From positions 24,738,001-24,802,000 of the forward strand of contig CM022673.1 in NCBI GenBank assembly GCA_012295275.1: 64,000 nucleotides of DNA. Direction: 5' to 3'. Below are positions 44,851 to 58,175 of this stretch, one piece after another. A program made the position numbers and the translations under genes. A model generated the notes under the pieces. That model searched no databases. It was not told where the DNA came from and saw only the letters and a program-made list of their open reading frames with translations. Origin of the DNA: Chrysomallon squamiferum (lineage: Eukaryota; Animalia; Mollusca). Each line of letters starts with the position of its first letter. The first letter of the stretch is position 1.

Positions 44851-47577
44851 GCTTGCAGAACCTAGAAAACGACAGAAATTGTCTGTTAATCCAAGAGGAA
44901 ATACGTGGGTTAATGGTACGAGTTATTTAAGTTTCATAAAGTTATTTGTGTATTTCATATCCAGAACATTTCAAACATTTGTCAGAACAAATTTGTTTTA
45001 ATAATTATTGTTTTGTTCACGTCCAGATGTATTATTGTTATTATTATTATTAACTATTATCGATATCATTTATAAATTATACTAATTTTTTAGTATATTA
45101 CTTATGCTGTAAAATACAATAGCAATTCACGTCTAATAAAATGTACAAGTTGTCATACATCATGGATTCATCATAGTACCAGTTAAAGTAGACGTGGCCT
45201 TTTTAGAGCCGCTTAGATGATAAAATTTGTTATACTCTTTCTAAACAAAAAAGACGAAGGTGAATAATTTGAATGCTAAATGTACTGGGAAAGACAGTGT
45301 TATCCACTTTTGCTTTCTCTTTCAGATGATTCTAAAATTGGACAAAAGTTGATGGAACGTATGGGTTGGACAAAAGGGAAAGGACTCGGTGCAAATGAAG
45401 ATGGAAGGCAGGAAAGCGTCAAAGTTAAATTTAAAGATGATAACAAAGGTACTGTAGATTGTTATAAAGAAACAAATAATAATATTACATTTTTATTTTA
45501 ACTGTTTTACAGAAATTCCTGATTATAATTTTTATATATTGTTTGAGTATTCTCTGAATGTGTTTATATAATTACAGGTGTAGGCTGCAGCAAAAATTAT
45601 GCTGATACCTGGATTGCTCACCAGGATGACTTTAATAGTCTCCTCGCCGACCTGAACAATAATGTAGATGCAAAACAAGAAAGTGTGAAAATGACATCTT
45701 TGGAAGAAAAATCTAAATCATCCAAAAAAAGAGTTCAGTATGTTGAATTTGTTTTTGCAATATTTAATTTTACTACATTTAAACATTATTAACATTATAA
45801 ACTTAAAAATTAAATGTAAGTAAATATTACAGTTTTCTTTATTTTAATATTAATTTATCAACTACATGTGTTTATAAAAAGGAAATTATTTATTTAATAT
45901 TATTTGTAAGACATTAATTGCATTCCAGTCTTTCCATCAACCACATTTTTCAATATCGGACATTGGACCTGTCTACAAGTTTAAATCTTCATTATCATCT
46001 AAACATTTTTAAATGATTACAATTTACAATTAATTTATTATTCATTTGATAGTGTTTCTGATAAAGTGTTTTTGATTAGGTGTTGAAATGTTTCTCTTTC
46101 AAGCTATCACAAGTTTACCAAAGGTAAAGATTTATCAACTCGATCAGAACATGAATTAAATTGCATCTTTGGAATTAAAAAGTCCAAATTGAAAAAGAAT
46201 AACAGTATAGAGTCAGAGGTAATGTACACTTATTTAGTCATATTTTTTAATTTTAATATTTTATCTTTGTTTTATTTCAGTTGTAAAAAAATTTCAAACT
46301 GGGATGTTATATTGCTAATACATTTATTTAAGAATTAATGTAATATGAGCCAGATGTTAGTTAGACCAGACTTATCAATTTATTAATTATAAAATAAAAA
46401 TATTAACTTTGCAATTTGACATTTTCTGCATATAATTCTGAAGGATGTGTTTTAGGTACTGGATAATGACAAACATCTAAGCCAAGAGAAAGAAACAGTT
46501 GAGAATACTGGCTTGGTTACCGTTACCAGCACCTCCAGCATACAGGAGTACTTTGAAAAGAAAATGGCTGCCAAATTGAAAAATAGCTCAAAAATAAACC
46601 TTTTAAATGTAGAAAATAACTCAGATGAAAGTAAGAAATTGGTTGCTGACATTGAGAAATGTACTGAAGATACCTTCACGCACAAAAAAAAGAAGAAAAA
46701 GAAAAAGAAATCTGAAAAAATAAAAAAAGAACAAAAGGATTGTACAGCTGATCATAATAATGAATCCGAGGACAGATCAGAAATTAAGTCAAAAAAGAGG
46801 AAGAGGAAAGTTGATGAAGCTGAAAAAGTCTTGAATAATGGAGATGTTTCTTCAAACGAGGAAAACAAGTGTAGGTCAAGACGAAAAAAGAAATGTGTGT
46901 CTTTAGACCTCGCAGATGAACTGGAGTGTGAGAAAGTTGATTCTGTTCAACAAGCTGATGACGCTGTTCACGTATCAGAAGTTTCTAGAACTTCAAAAAA
47001 ATCAAAGAAAAAGAAAAAGAATAAAAATAAAGAGAAAGATGAAGTTGAAGTGTTGAGAAAGGAAATATCTGATGAAAACAAGGAAGAATCATTAAGTGGC
47101 CAATCTGATGTATGTGAAAACTCACTGAAAAACATTTCTGTGACATCAGGGGAGGAAACTAATGGAAACGGTGAATTTAAGGATTCAGATGATCTTTCAG
47201 AGTTAACCACCGACAGTTTGAAAGAAGCAGAAACTAAAAAGAAATCAAAAAAGAGAAAAAATAAACCATTGGATGTTGAAAAAAACAATGAGTTTTTAAG
47301 CAGTGATGTTGATAATATTTCGAATGAAACAACTGTGCCTAAAACTGAAGGAAATGACGTGCTTCCTGTTAATACAGCACCCAATGTTAAAAGCGACACC
47401 GTAGGTAATAAATATGCAAACTGTTTTGGTGTCGAGAAAACAAACCATTTCGAAACAAAAAGTGGTCTCTCCATGAATGAAGATGTTATTGATGAGATTG
47501 TTAATAAGTTTAAAGGTTCTAATTTAAAATGTGTCACTGGTTATGGGAGCACTTTCACCCACAAAAATAGGTTTTAA
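44843..47577 (+). CDS. PINX1: PIN2/TERF1-interacting telomerase inhibitor 1 (G-patch protein), 5 exons, about 530 aa
   Basis: Exons 44843-44915, 45326-45448, 45578-45737, 46104-46218, 46456-47577, total 1593 nt. N-terminus MAMLAEPRKRQKLSVNPRGNTWVNDDSKIGQKLMERMGWTKGKGLG (G-patch), then WIAHQDDFNSLLADLN, SLEEKSKSSKKRVHYHKFTKGKDLS and a KKE/D-rich tail. Confidence 0.92.
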
Positions 47578-47677
47578 AAATGTAGAATGTAGGTATTTAT
47601 AATTATCATTATGTGAAAAAAAGACATCTTCCGGCTGAAATGTTTAAGAATATAAATAAGAAAGTTTGAAATGTAGT

Positions 47678-47760
47678 AATGAAATGGATGTATTTTGTTG
47701 AGTATGTGTACAAATGAAATGGATGTATTTTGTTGAGTATATGTAAAAATGAAATGGATG
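47678..47760. repeat. Tandem repeat, about 35 bp x2.5, downstream of the PINX1 stop
   Basis: aatgaaatggatgtattttgttgagtat repeated. Confidence 0.85.
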
Positions 47761-50573
47761 ATATTGAAAATTAATTTTATAATCTAATGTAATTATTTAA
47801 TTGCTAATCACAGGATTTGATATTTTAAAATATAATTCATTTACAAAGTTTCTTTTATTGTCTTTTTTGTTTCTGATTTGTATTAATATTTTAAATTTTA
47901 ACAATTGTAAATAAATGTTACACAGATATGAGACAAACTGTAAATGTCATAAATTTAATTAGGTTTACTGTTTTAATATAAATGGAAAATAAAAGACTCA
48001 GTATTGCCTATAGAATACAAAATGCCATAGCCTTAATGCAACTGAAAAAATTAACTAAATTATAACCATTGTCCTATTACTACTTTATCATGCACAGTGG
48101 AATATTCAGTGTCTGGAAAATTAATATAAAATATTCTATTTCCAGTCATTTCACTGTACAAACAACTCAACTATTAAAAAGTGCTGATTTCAAAAAAGAC
48201 ATTGATTCCTTCATATCAAGGTATTAAAACAACAAAACAAAACAATCAGTTTGTAACCATTTATTTCTATTAACAAGGCCAGAGCAAAGTTACTTTGCAG
48301 CTAACATACATGAACAGAACATGCTAACATCCCACTTTGTTATAATTATTGCTACATCCCCTAAACATTCAAATTGTTTTAATTGGTCCTTTAAGCTTTC
48401 AGTCTAACTGATACAACATTCAGAATTGATTCTTAGGCTTATATATTTCCAGTAACAACTAGAATATACAAATACCAAGTAAGGTTTATATGCAAAAACC
48501 ACATTTACCAATGTTTTCTCTTCAAATGCATTTTCAACGTAAAATTGAATACTGCTTATATGTTTAAACCTTGTAAATTTGAAAACATTTGTAATCGGTG
48601 TCAAATATTTTTAAAGCACAGCTATTTCTATCACTATTTCTATCCATTAATATTTTACTTGTCACAATATATTCAAAACATGATGACTGTATAAAAGTGA
48701 TAAATTATGAAACTACAAACTAAAGTCAGTTTTATACTTTTAAAAAAAAGAGAAATGAATCCAATAAAAAGATTTTGAATGAATTCTGTCAGTTATTTTT
48801 AACGATTTGAACAACATATCTTGTGACTACAATCACTGTTAACACTGTATAATCTAATAACAGAGTAATACCAGGCAACAACAATCTGTAAGGAATGTTT
48901 AGCAAAGTCTGGCAACTACTATCACAGTCAACTATCTATTGACCTTTAACTATTAACAAACATCAAACAAATTAAATTTAATAATATAATAATAAATAAA
49001 AATATATAATAATAATTATAAATAAATTAGTAAATTGCATACTTAAATAAATTAAAAGAAGAAATCGTAACAAATGCATCTGGTTAAAAATAAACAATAT
49101 TCATCCAATTTATGTAACATTCATACAAAACGTTTATTATTACTGTTGCACATTTTTTGTTATTACTCTACATCTTCAGAGACCCTAAAAAAATATATAA
49201 TAATAAACAAAAATTAAATTTTAAAAATCTGACTAACAGTCTCAAATCATCAAATCAACAAATCAACACACAATATATTGGTCTCAGTTTGACTGCAGCA
49301 CAATAACATGTCAAAAACAAACTTGAATTTTATAATACCTGGTAGCTAGATATCAAGACATACACAGTATTAATATTTCAATATACACTAAAATAACATG
49401 TATAGTGTACCATTTAGTCATTTTCTGTAAAAAATCATTCTCCAAGGAAGACAAAGACTCACAAGGTTTTGATGTTATCAAGTACCAACAATGATAATAA
49501 AAAATCTTTTTCAAATTATCATAGGTGTATGTAAACGTGCATTTGTGTGTAAAATTTCAAATAATTTTAATGATGACATGGAATATGTAAATGATACATT
49601 TATTAACATTGTTAACAAACTTAGACAAAGTTTTTTTTTTGTTGTTTTTTCTTCTTTTTGTTTTTTGTTATTTATTTACTTATAACCCTTGGAGAATATT
49701 TACTTATATATTAAACTCATATTAAATAATGCTTCTCAATATTAATTTCAGTTCATTTTTCCTATAAAATAATATTACTGACCAGCAGAAAGTAATAATT
49801 CTCAAATTCAGATAATTAAAAAATTTTACAAACAAAAATTATTGCAACTGTAAAAACACATTTGTTGTAATAAATAAAAAATAGTAGAAAAAAAGCAAGT
49901 ATAAATTATGCCAACATAAATGAACACATTATTAAGTGGACAAAAAAAATCAAAACTTTGGTCTCTGGTGAACTGGTGAAATATGCTGTTTGTCATGGAA
50001 CGTCTGAGAAGTAGAAATCACTGAGAAGTGGAAATCACATGTAAATAAAAAAAAGTTAATGTCACTGGGTCACAGTCATTTCTGAACAATTATCCAGTAT
50101 GTTTCATCTTCATGTGAGGTCCTGATTTGTTACATTCTGATTGTTTTTTTTTTGATAATGAAACCAGCTTCATGTTTAAAGATTTCACATCAGTGACATG
50201 GAATCCCCTTTTCTGACATGCTCCATCTTTAAATATTAATCTATATGAGACCTATAAAGCTTCTCTTATTTACAGGATCTACAGAAAGGTAGATATAAAC
50301 AATAGGACAATAGAAATGCAAGCCAAAATGTTCAATGCTAGGTTAAAAGATAATGTATTTATTTTTTGATATATAGAACAATTTTTTATTTTGTTTTAAT
50401 AATATTAAGGATACCCACAATTAAAATAATTCAAAAATTAAATATTTTAGTTAAAAACTATTTTTATTAATGTCAATATTTGATTAATATGTACATATAT
50501 ATACTTAAAAAAAAAAAACCCTCATTGGATATGTTTTAATAAATAACCTAATACTTTAATGTAAGCAGACAGA

Positions 50574-52157
50574 CTATTTGAGATCGTGTCTTTGAGGAAC
50601 TGGGGGAGGCTGACTTTGTGGCATTTCAGCTGATTTATCAGTTGGTGTAGCAGGTCGTTTTGGAACAGGAGGCGGGGTAAGATTGGAGGGGTCTCGCCTT
50701 GGTGGAGGGGGTGGGGGTGGTGGTTCTAGTGGGCAAGCTGTGGACTTTGGTACAGGAGGTGGACTCATGTCAGGGCAGTTAGACACAGCTGCTGGAGGTT
50801 TCTCGGGTACAGGGGGGTTTGTGAAATGGTTGGACACTGCACTGGTATCAAAGGGATCGCTGACACTGATTGAATCAGGTTTATTCCCAGCCAGATCAGA
50901 ACTTTCACTTCCAGCTGGTCGAGCAGGAACCGCAGGAGGCAATTTTGACTCTAAACCGCTAGACACAAACGGATTGTCTGATTCTTTCACTGGTATTTGC
51001 TGAGCTTGCAGAGTCTGACTGTGATTTGGAATTTTGAATTTACTGGTGTCAAAAGGATCATCAGCAGTGTCTGAGGGTTCTGGTACAGGAGCATCAAGTG
51101 GGTTGTTGGGTGTCGTGCAGGACGCAGGGCTTTTCAGATCTTCAGAAGACGTACGAGAGGACATTCTGGGGTTTGGTTTAGGTCTTGAAGCTGGTACAGG
51201 CACCACTTCACTGACTGGCCTATCTTTGCTCAACACAAAGTCCTCTCTAGAAGTCACAATACAGCTCTGGATGTCTCTTCTAGGAGCTGGTTTGGGAGGC
51301 TGCTGTAGGTTTTGTTTTCGCATCTCGATTGTTTCAGCATCACCAGTCAAGTTTGGACTTGCCAGGTTTTCCATGCTTTTGAATCTGGGCATTGGTTTGG
51401 GTGGTGCAGAAACGCTGTCATCTTTTGTCATTTTCTCATCTAAGTCATTTGCTGTCCTGCTCCGTGGAATTGGTTTTGGTGCTTCGAGATTATCTGCTAT
51501 AATTTAAAAATATGTTGTTGTATTTTTTTTTTTTACACAGAAATTTAAAGTTTTAATTCAGCATAATCAGAATAAATAATTAGTTGTAAAAAATGTCATT
51601 ATTACTTTGTATTCATAAAAACATCAAGCAAAGAAAAGATTATAAAAAATACTAAGAAAAAATAAAGATGAGAAAACAGAGACTCCATGAGCTGTTAAGC
51701 TTTGTTAAAGGAAACTGCTGATTATCTTCCAAAATGTTATTCTATCAATTATTTTTTAAAGGTTCATAATTAAGTACAGATCCTTAAATGCTAATCTTAA
51801 GATAAATAGTAAATACTTCTGCAACAGTCCTGCACTGAAAGTTAACACTGAAAATAATGTGATCTTTAGGAATATACCTGGATATAGCACAACAGTATGA
51901 AACTTTATAATATTTTTATGTAATTAATTTAACTATTCCAGTCTGAACAGTAAACTAACATTTAGGTTTGACTGCAGGGATAAGAGGGGGAGGTAACTGC
52001 TCATCTATGCTGGAGCCTCCCAGCAACAACCTGCCAATGAGTTTCTCAGCATCTTCAACACTTGTAGCATGGCCATGATGTGTCACATTGGTTGGCAGAC
52101 CAATTGATGCAATCTTCAAAAATAAGTCAATTATAGTAATAATAATAATAATAATAA

Positions 52158-52188
<31 letters not shown>

Positions 52189-54727
52189 AAGAAGACAAGA
52201 AGTAGAAGAACAACAACAACAAAAACCCAGTGAAACAAGAGAGAAGAAAATGTCCTTCATTTGTTATACATAGAATAAAATACAACTCAATACATCAATA
52301 AATTAACTTTATGTTCTTAATTAAATGAAATGAAAATTAAATAAACAAATAAATAAATTACATTAACAGAAAGTAATTTCCCTCCCTAACACCATTATTT
52401 GTTTGTTTTTCAGAAACTGATAACAATATGACCATGTAAATAAAAATACTCTTATTTAATTTTGGATGTTAAAACCCCAATAACAAACAAACTAAAAAAG
52501 CTTTAAAAAATCAAAATTATATAAATAAATGTTTCATTAAAAGACCACAGAAATACCACCAAACCAATAACAAGTATAAACGAACTGTTTAGCAATGTCT
52601 AAGTAACAACTGAATGGTAAAATTGACTAGCCCTGTACAAATCTCACATAAAACAATTCATTACCCTGTGTCCACCTTTCTTTGCTTTACCAGGAGGGGG
52701 TCTGAGTGGTTGACGGATTTTAGGTACATCCCTTCCCCTCTGTCTACTTGGTGAACCTGTAATTATGTGTAACACTGCATGTAATTATGTGTAACACTGT
52801 ATGTAATTATGTGTAATCAGTTTTTCTAGAATTTTTACAGCACTGCAAGAATGACTGGATTTGGTTAACAAAATAAACTTCAGAATTTTTGCAACAATTG
52901 GTCAGTTTACCTTTTGTATTAATAGTAATGAAAAAACAAAGCTCTTCCAAAGTATTTCCACAAGCTGCACATTAGCTGACAGAAGTCACATGTAGCTGAT
53001 GTTCTATGGCTTGGCTAAACCATGCATGCACACACACGCACACACTATTCTCTGTATATTTCAAACCACGAAGAAGCAAAGGAAAACAATTACCCACTGA
53101 AATTACTTATTTAAAAAGAAAAGTACACAAAGGTGGTAATGAATGGTAATACCTGGTACAGGCTGAGGAGACACTGATCTGGCTGGTACTGCACCGGGTA
53201 CAAGAGTGGATACTGCTGATTTGGATGGCCCTCCCGAGGGTACAGCTGGTTTACCTGGGGCACTCGGAGGTCTGCTTGGGGGAGGCGGTTTAGGTGGGGG
53301 AGGTCCTGGCCTGGGTGGAGGCTGCTTTCTGTTAACCTTGAAAAATAATTTTTATATATATATTAGATATACATGCATACATGCACAAACACAAACACAA
53401 ACACAACTGTATTTAGACAGCAGGAACATTACAATAATCTTTGCCTTTCCTTTATCACCAAAATTATTTTGCTAAGGACAGCAAAGAATGAATAATTAAA
53501 AAAACCAAAAAAACCCCAGGTTTACTGGAGAATTCTGAAAATTAATACTAAAATCTCAGAACAACTGTAATTGCTGTTACTTCTACACCCACTTACATCA
53601 GGTGCAGCTTTGATAGATTCAGATTCCACTGTTTTTCCTACTGAAGTTTCCGAAGAATCATCAGAACCTACAGCTGGGCTGTTTCTACCTATATTCAAAA
53701 CAAAAAAAACACCACAGGATTTAAAAAAAACGTAATTCTAACATTGCTTGAATGTCTCTTATTTATGCAAAAATTACATATTCCAAGTATTATACAATGA
53801 TTAAAATAAAACTTTAATTATTACAAATATACTGGGATTTTTTCTAAAATAAATATATTTACATACAAATTATATACTTATAATCTGAACATAATTGCTG
53901 TATAACAGTTGTTGTTGTTATTATTATTATAATTATTATTATTCAGTGGATCAAGATGTAGGAAATTATTAATATCAATTACCTGAAGAGCAGGGAGATG
54001 GAACTAATGGTGCAGGCAAAGCACTGTCTATTCCAGAATCAAAATCTTCATCTATGTGATAGAAATTACAAATACAACCATTTAAACAGTCTCAAAATTA
54101 GAACAAAACAATTTAGTATCATTTCATGTATATAAATAACAATTTTAATATCTAAAAATATATTTTAACTATTAAAATAAAGCAAAAATAAATAAATAAT
54201 AATATATATATATATATTTACTTTATTAAACTGATTGAAAAAAATAAGATGCAAAATATTAAATAATTAAAAACAAGTTTTAAGACTAGCAATTCTTCCA
54301 CTTACTGTCTTCCATGTCAAACTCCATAGAAGGGATGTTGAAATCGTCTCCTAGGAGACTGTTGGTGAATGGCTGGTATAGGGGGGTTGTGTTAATGGAA
54401 TACAGATCAAGCTCTTTCTGAATAGCAGTCTGCCAGTTCTGAGTCCTCAATCTCACATTTATCTTGTTTCCATTCACCTAAAAAAAAATTGTTTGTTTAA
54501 GCAATTTCTTTTTTAAATATTTTTTTTCTTTTAATAACAAGGTAAAAATCTAGAAATGTCTATAGCATTCAAAAATAAATTTCATTGGTATTTAAAAGGA
54601 AAAAAAAAAAAAAACCCAAAGAATGTTTGTAAATTAAAAATCCCTGTTTTTCCTTAAATCCATTATCAATACATTTAAATATAAGTATTCACTATTAAAC
54701 TAGGCATCATAAGGTTCTGTTGTGTGT

Positions 54728-54794
<67 letters not shown>

Positions 54795-57700
54795 ACAAAT
54801 ATTACCATTTTAACCTGACACCTCAATAAAGCTGACTCCTGGTATATTAAAAAAAAAAAAAAAAAATTAATTAAATATACAAATGGTAAACTTACTTCCT
54901 GCTGGTTATGGCTAATTGCTTGCAGTGCACTGGCTCCATTCTGATACATAATCCACATATCACTGTCCACAAATCTAAATAACAAATTTAAACAATTTTA
55001 AATATGTCTTTTCTTTAACATGATCAACATCTTTAACACTAAACTGATGTAATATTTATGGACACCACTCTGTCTATTTCTGTGATATCTCCTGCTTGAT
55101 GTCAATACTCTAACCATTGATCAACTGTTATTTTCTCAACCGGTGAAATGTCACAGTATTAAGAGACATACCTGACAATGGTGATGTCCCCAACTTCGCT
55201 GAAGAGTTCCACCACTGCATTAACAGTCTCATCATCCAGTTCCTCTCCAGAAGCAAGGGAGACAATCACTGTGCCGTTAGGTGGTCCCATCTGACTTATG
55301 ACATCCTGAAACACTTTCACTTTAGCATCATCATCCACCATCAACACCTCAATGTCGAACAAACCAACCACAGGTCTTGAGAAAAAACAACACAGAAACA
55401 CAAATCAGTTAAGAAACAAATATATATTTTCATTTAAATAATAAACTTTTAATTAATACAGGTACCAGATAAGCTGGATGTGACAGTTTTCAGAATTTTC
55501 TGGTTTTCCTGGAGCAAGACTTAATATATATTTGAAATGTAAAATAAACAATGAAAAGTAAAACACAAAAATGTCTTTAACACATGCAGATTTATACACT
55601 TCTCCAAGCTGATTTCCTGGTAATCTTGGTTTTCTAAATAAGTAGTCTAGCACCTGTATCTATTTTTAAAATCTGCAAACAAATAAGAATACCACTGATA
55701 TAATTAACATCATTTTTAAAAATGGAAAACTGATATTTACCATTTCATCTAAATTAATCTAAAGTGAAAAATAAATTTAAGTCTATCTATCAAAGTGTAA
55801 ACAACATAGTTATAGTTATACATTTTAAATAAATAAAATGTTGTGTAAACCTGTGATCAGAAGTTCTCAGTTCTGCTCGTGTGTACAGAAGCAGCTTCCC
55901 CTCATCCCAGTCAGGACTGTTCTCCTCTTCTACAAACAAATCATTTCAAAAGTTTTAATCTTTATAACTCGTACAAGAAATGTATTTTTCGTTAGGCCCT
56001 CTCACTTCTAACTAATTAGTAATGGATAAAAAAGTGACCAAACCACTAAAACAAGCAACACACCTCACACTTGCATTTATTTCTATACTAACACAACAAC
56101 ACACCTCACACTTATATTTATTTCTATACTAAACAACAACACACCTCACACTTGCATTTATTTCTGTACTAACACAACAACACACCTCACACTTGTATTT
56201 ATTTCTATACTAACACAACACACCTCACACTTGTATTTATTTATGTACAAACACAACAACACACCTCACACTTGTATTTATTTCTATACTAACACAACAA
56301 CACACCTCACACTTGTATTTATTTCTGTACTAACACAACAACACACCTCACACTTGTATTTATTTCTATACTAACAACAACACACCTCACACTTGTATTT
56401 TTATTTCTGTACTAACACAACAACACACCTCACACTTGTATTTATTTCTGTACTAACACAACAACACACCTCACACTTGCATTTATTTCTGTACTAACAC
56501 AACAACACACCTCACACTTGTATTTATTTCTGTACTAACACAACAACACACCTCACACTTGTATTTATTTCTGTACTAACACAACAACACACCTCACACT
56601 TGTATTTATTTCTATACTAACACAACAACACACCTCACACTTGTATTTATTTCTTGTATTTATGTACAAACACAACAACACACCTCACACTTGTATTTAT
56701 TTCTATACTAAACAACAACACACCTCACACTTGTATTTATTTATGTACAAACACAACAACACACCTCACACTTGTATTTATTTCTGTACTAACACAACAA
56801 CACACCTCACACTTGCATTTATTTCTGTACTAACACAACAACACACCTCACACTTGTATTTATTTCTGTACTAACACAACAACACACCTCACACTTGTAT
56901 TTATTTCTATACTAACACAACAACACACCTCACACTTGTATTTATTTCTGTACTAACACAACAACACACCTCACACTTGTATTTATTTCTGTACTAACAC
57001 AACAACACACCTCACACTTGTATTTATTTCTATACTAACACAACAACACACCTCACACTTATATTTATTTCTATACTAACACAACACACCTCACACTTGT
57101 ATTTATTTCTGTGCTCTCACTACACAGTTTAAGTCTGTTTTTACCTTCTTGAGGCAGAATGTGTCTACGTCTCCAGAGAATGCGATCTGTCCAGGCTGGT
57201 GTGCGACACTTCTCACTGGTGTCATAATCATCACTGAACACGTCGTACTTGTAAGTAGGGGGAAAGTTTGTCTTTCCTTCGTGGAAGTTTCTAAAAGCCT
57301 ACAACAGACATTACAGGCTAATCTGACTTCTCTTTCTAACAGGAAATGAGTTATTCTCAATTTGGTTGATAAAATTCTACTTTAAATCTGGTAACTGGCA
57401 AAAAATTTCGTTCTAAAACAATGTAAATGTAATTTATTCCAGTAAACAATTTTAAAAATATTTTAATCCTAATGCAGGTAAAATAGTTTTTAAAAAGGTT
57501 ACAGGTTACTGGTTACATCACATTCCTGAGAAAAATATACGAAGCTGTGTTATTTAATTCTGTTTAGTGTATCCATTTTATTTACTATTAATTTGTGTAA
57601 CATCATTATTAATGTATTGTGCAGAGCTGGAGAACACAAACAGGCTATCTGAAGTTTGTGTGAGTTTCTTCCTATATACAGAAAGGAAAATATAAAATAA

Positions 57701-58140
57701 ACCTTGTTATATCATGTATAGTCAGTAGGTAACTGTTAATATTAAAAAATATTTTAAAATATATATATATTAATAAAATAGCTGCCTACCTTGGCCTCAC
57801 TTCTCTGAATGTTTAGCTGATCAAACTCCTGCAGTGCTCCCCAGTTCTCATTCTGAATCAGTTCCTTGACCTCTTCATTTCCCAAGTCAATTCTGTAGTT
57901 GAAATCTCCACACCAGAAAATGTAGTCATGTGTGTAGATAGCTCTACCCTGTGATATATACATTAATAAGTAGTCATAGAGTTATCTCTAAGTGATTAAA
58001 CATAAAACAATTAGTTATACAGCTCTACTCTATGGTTTTATATATAAATGAGTTAATCATAAAGCTGTACTCTGTGAATACAAAACATAATTAGTTATGT
58101 TTATATACAACAAGGCCTTGTGAATGAATGAATGTATGTG

Positions 58141-58175
<35 letters not shown>

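Noticed and set aside
45058-45065. TATCGATA DRE-like motif in PINX1 intron 1
   Set aside because: A single AT-rich 8-mer that also occurs at about 2149 in a non-promoter context, so it is expected by chance.
46968-47537. 189-aa antisense ORF in the PINX1 last exon
   Set aside because: It is the shadow of K/E/D/S-rich sense codons.
50683-51507. Gly-rich + strand ORFs
   Set aside because: They are antisense to the Pro-rich synaptojanin exon.
52464-52492. gatgttaaaaccccaataacaaacaaac resembling a SINE 3' tail
   Set aside because: No tRNA-like head or body is visible upstream.
53513-55515. Short inverted similarity between 53513-53541 and 55486-55514 in different synaptojanin introns
   Set aside because: Under 30 bp with several mismatches, too weak to claim RNA pairing or circRNA formation.
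56050-57115. Regular array of about 41-bp units that could be mistaken for CRISPR
   Set aside because: There are no unique spacers, the units are contiguous, it is in a eukaryotic intron and there are no cas genes.
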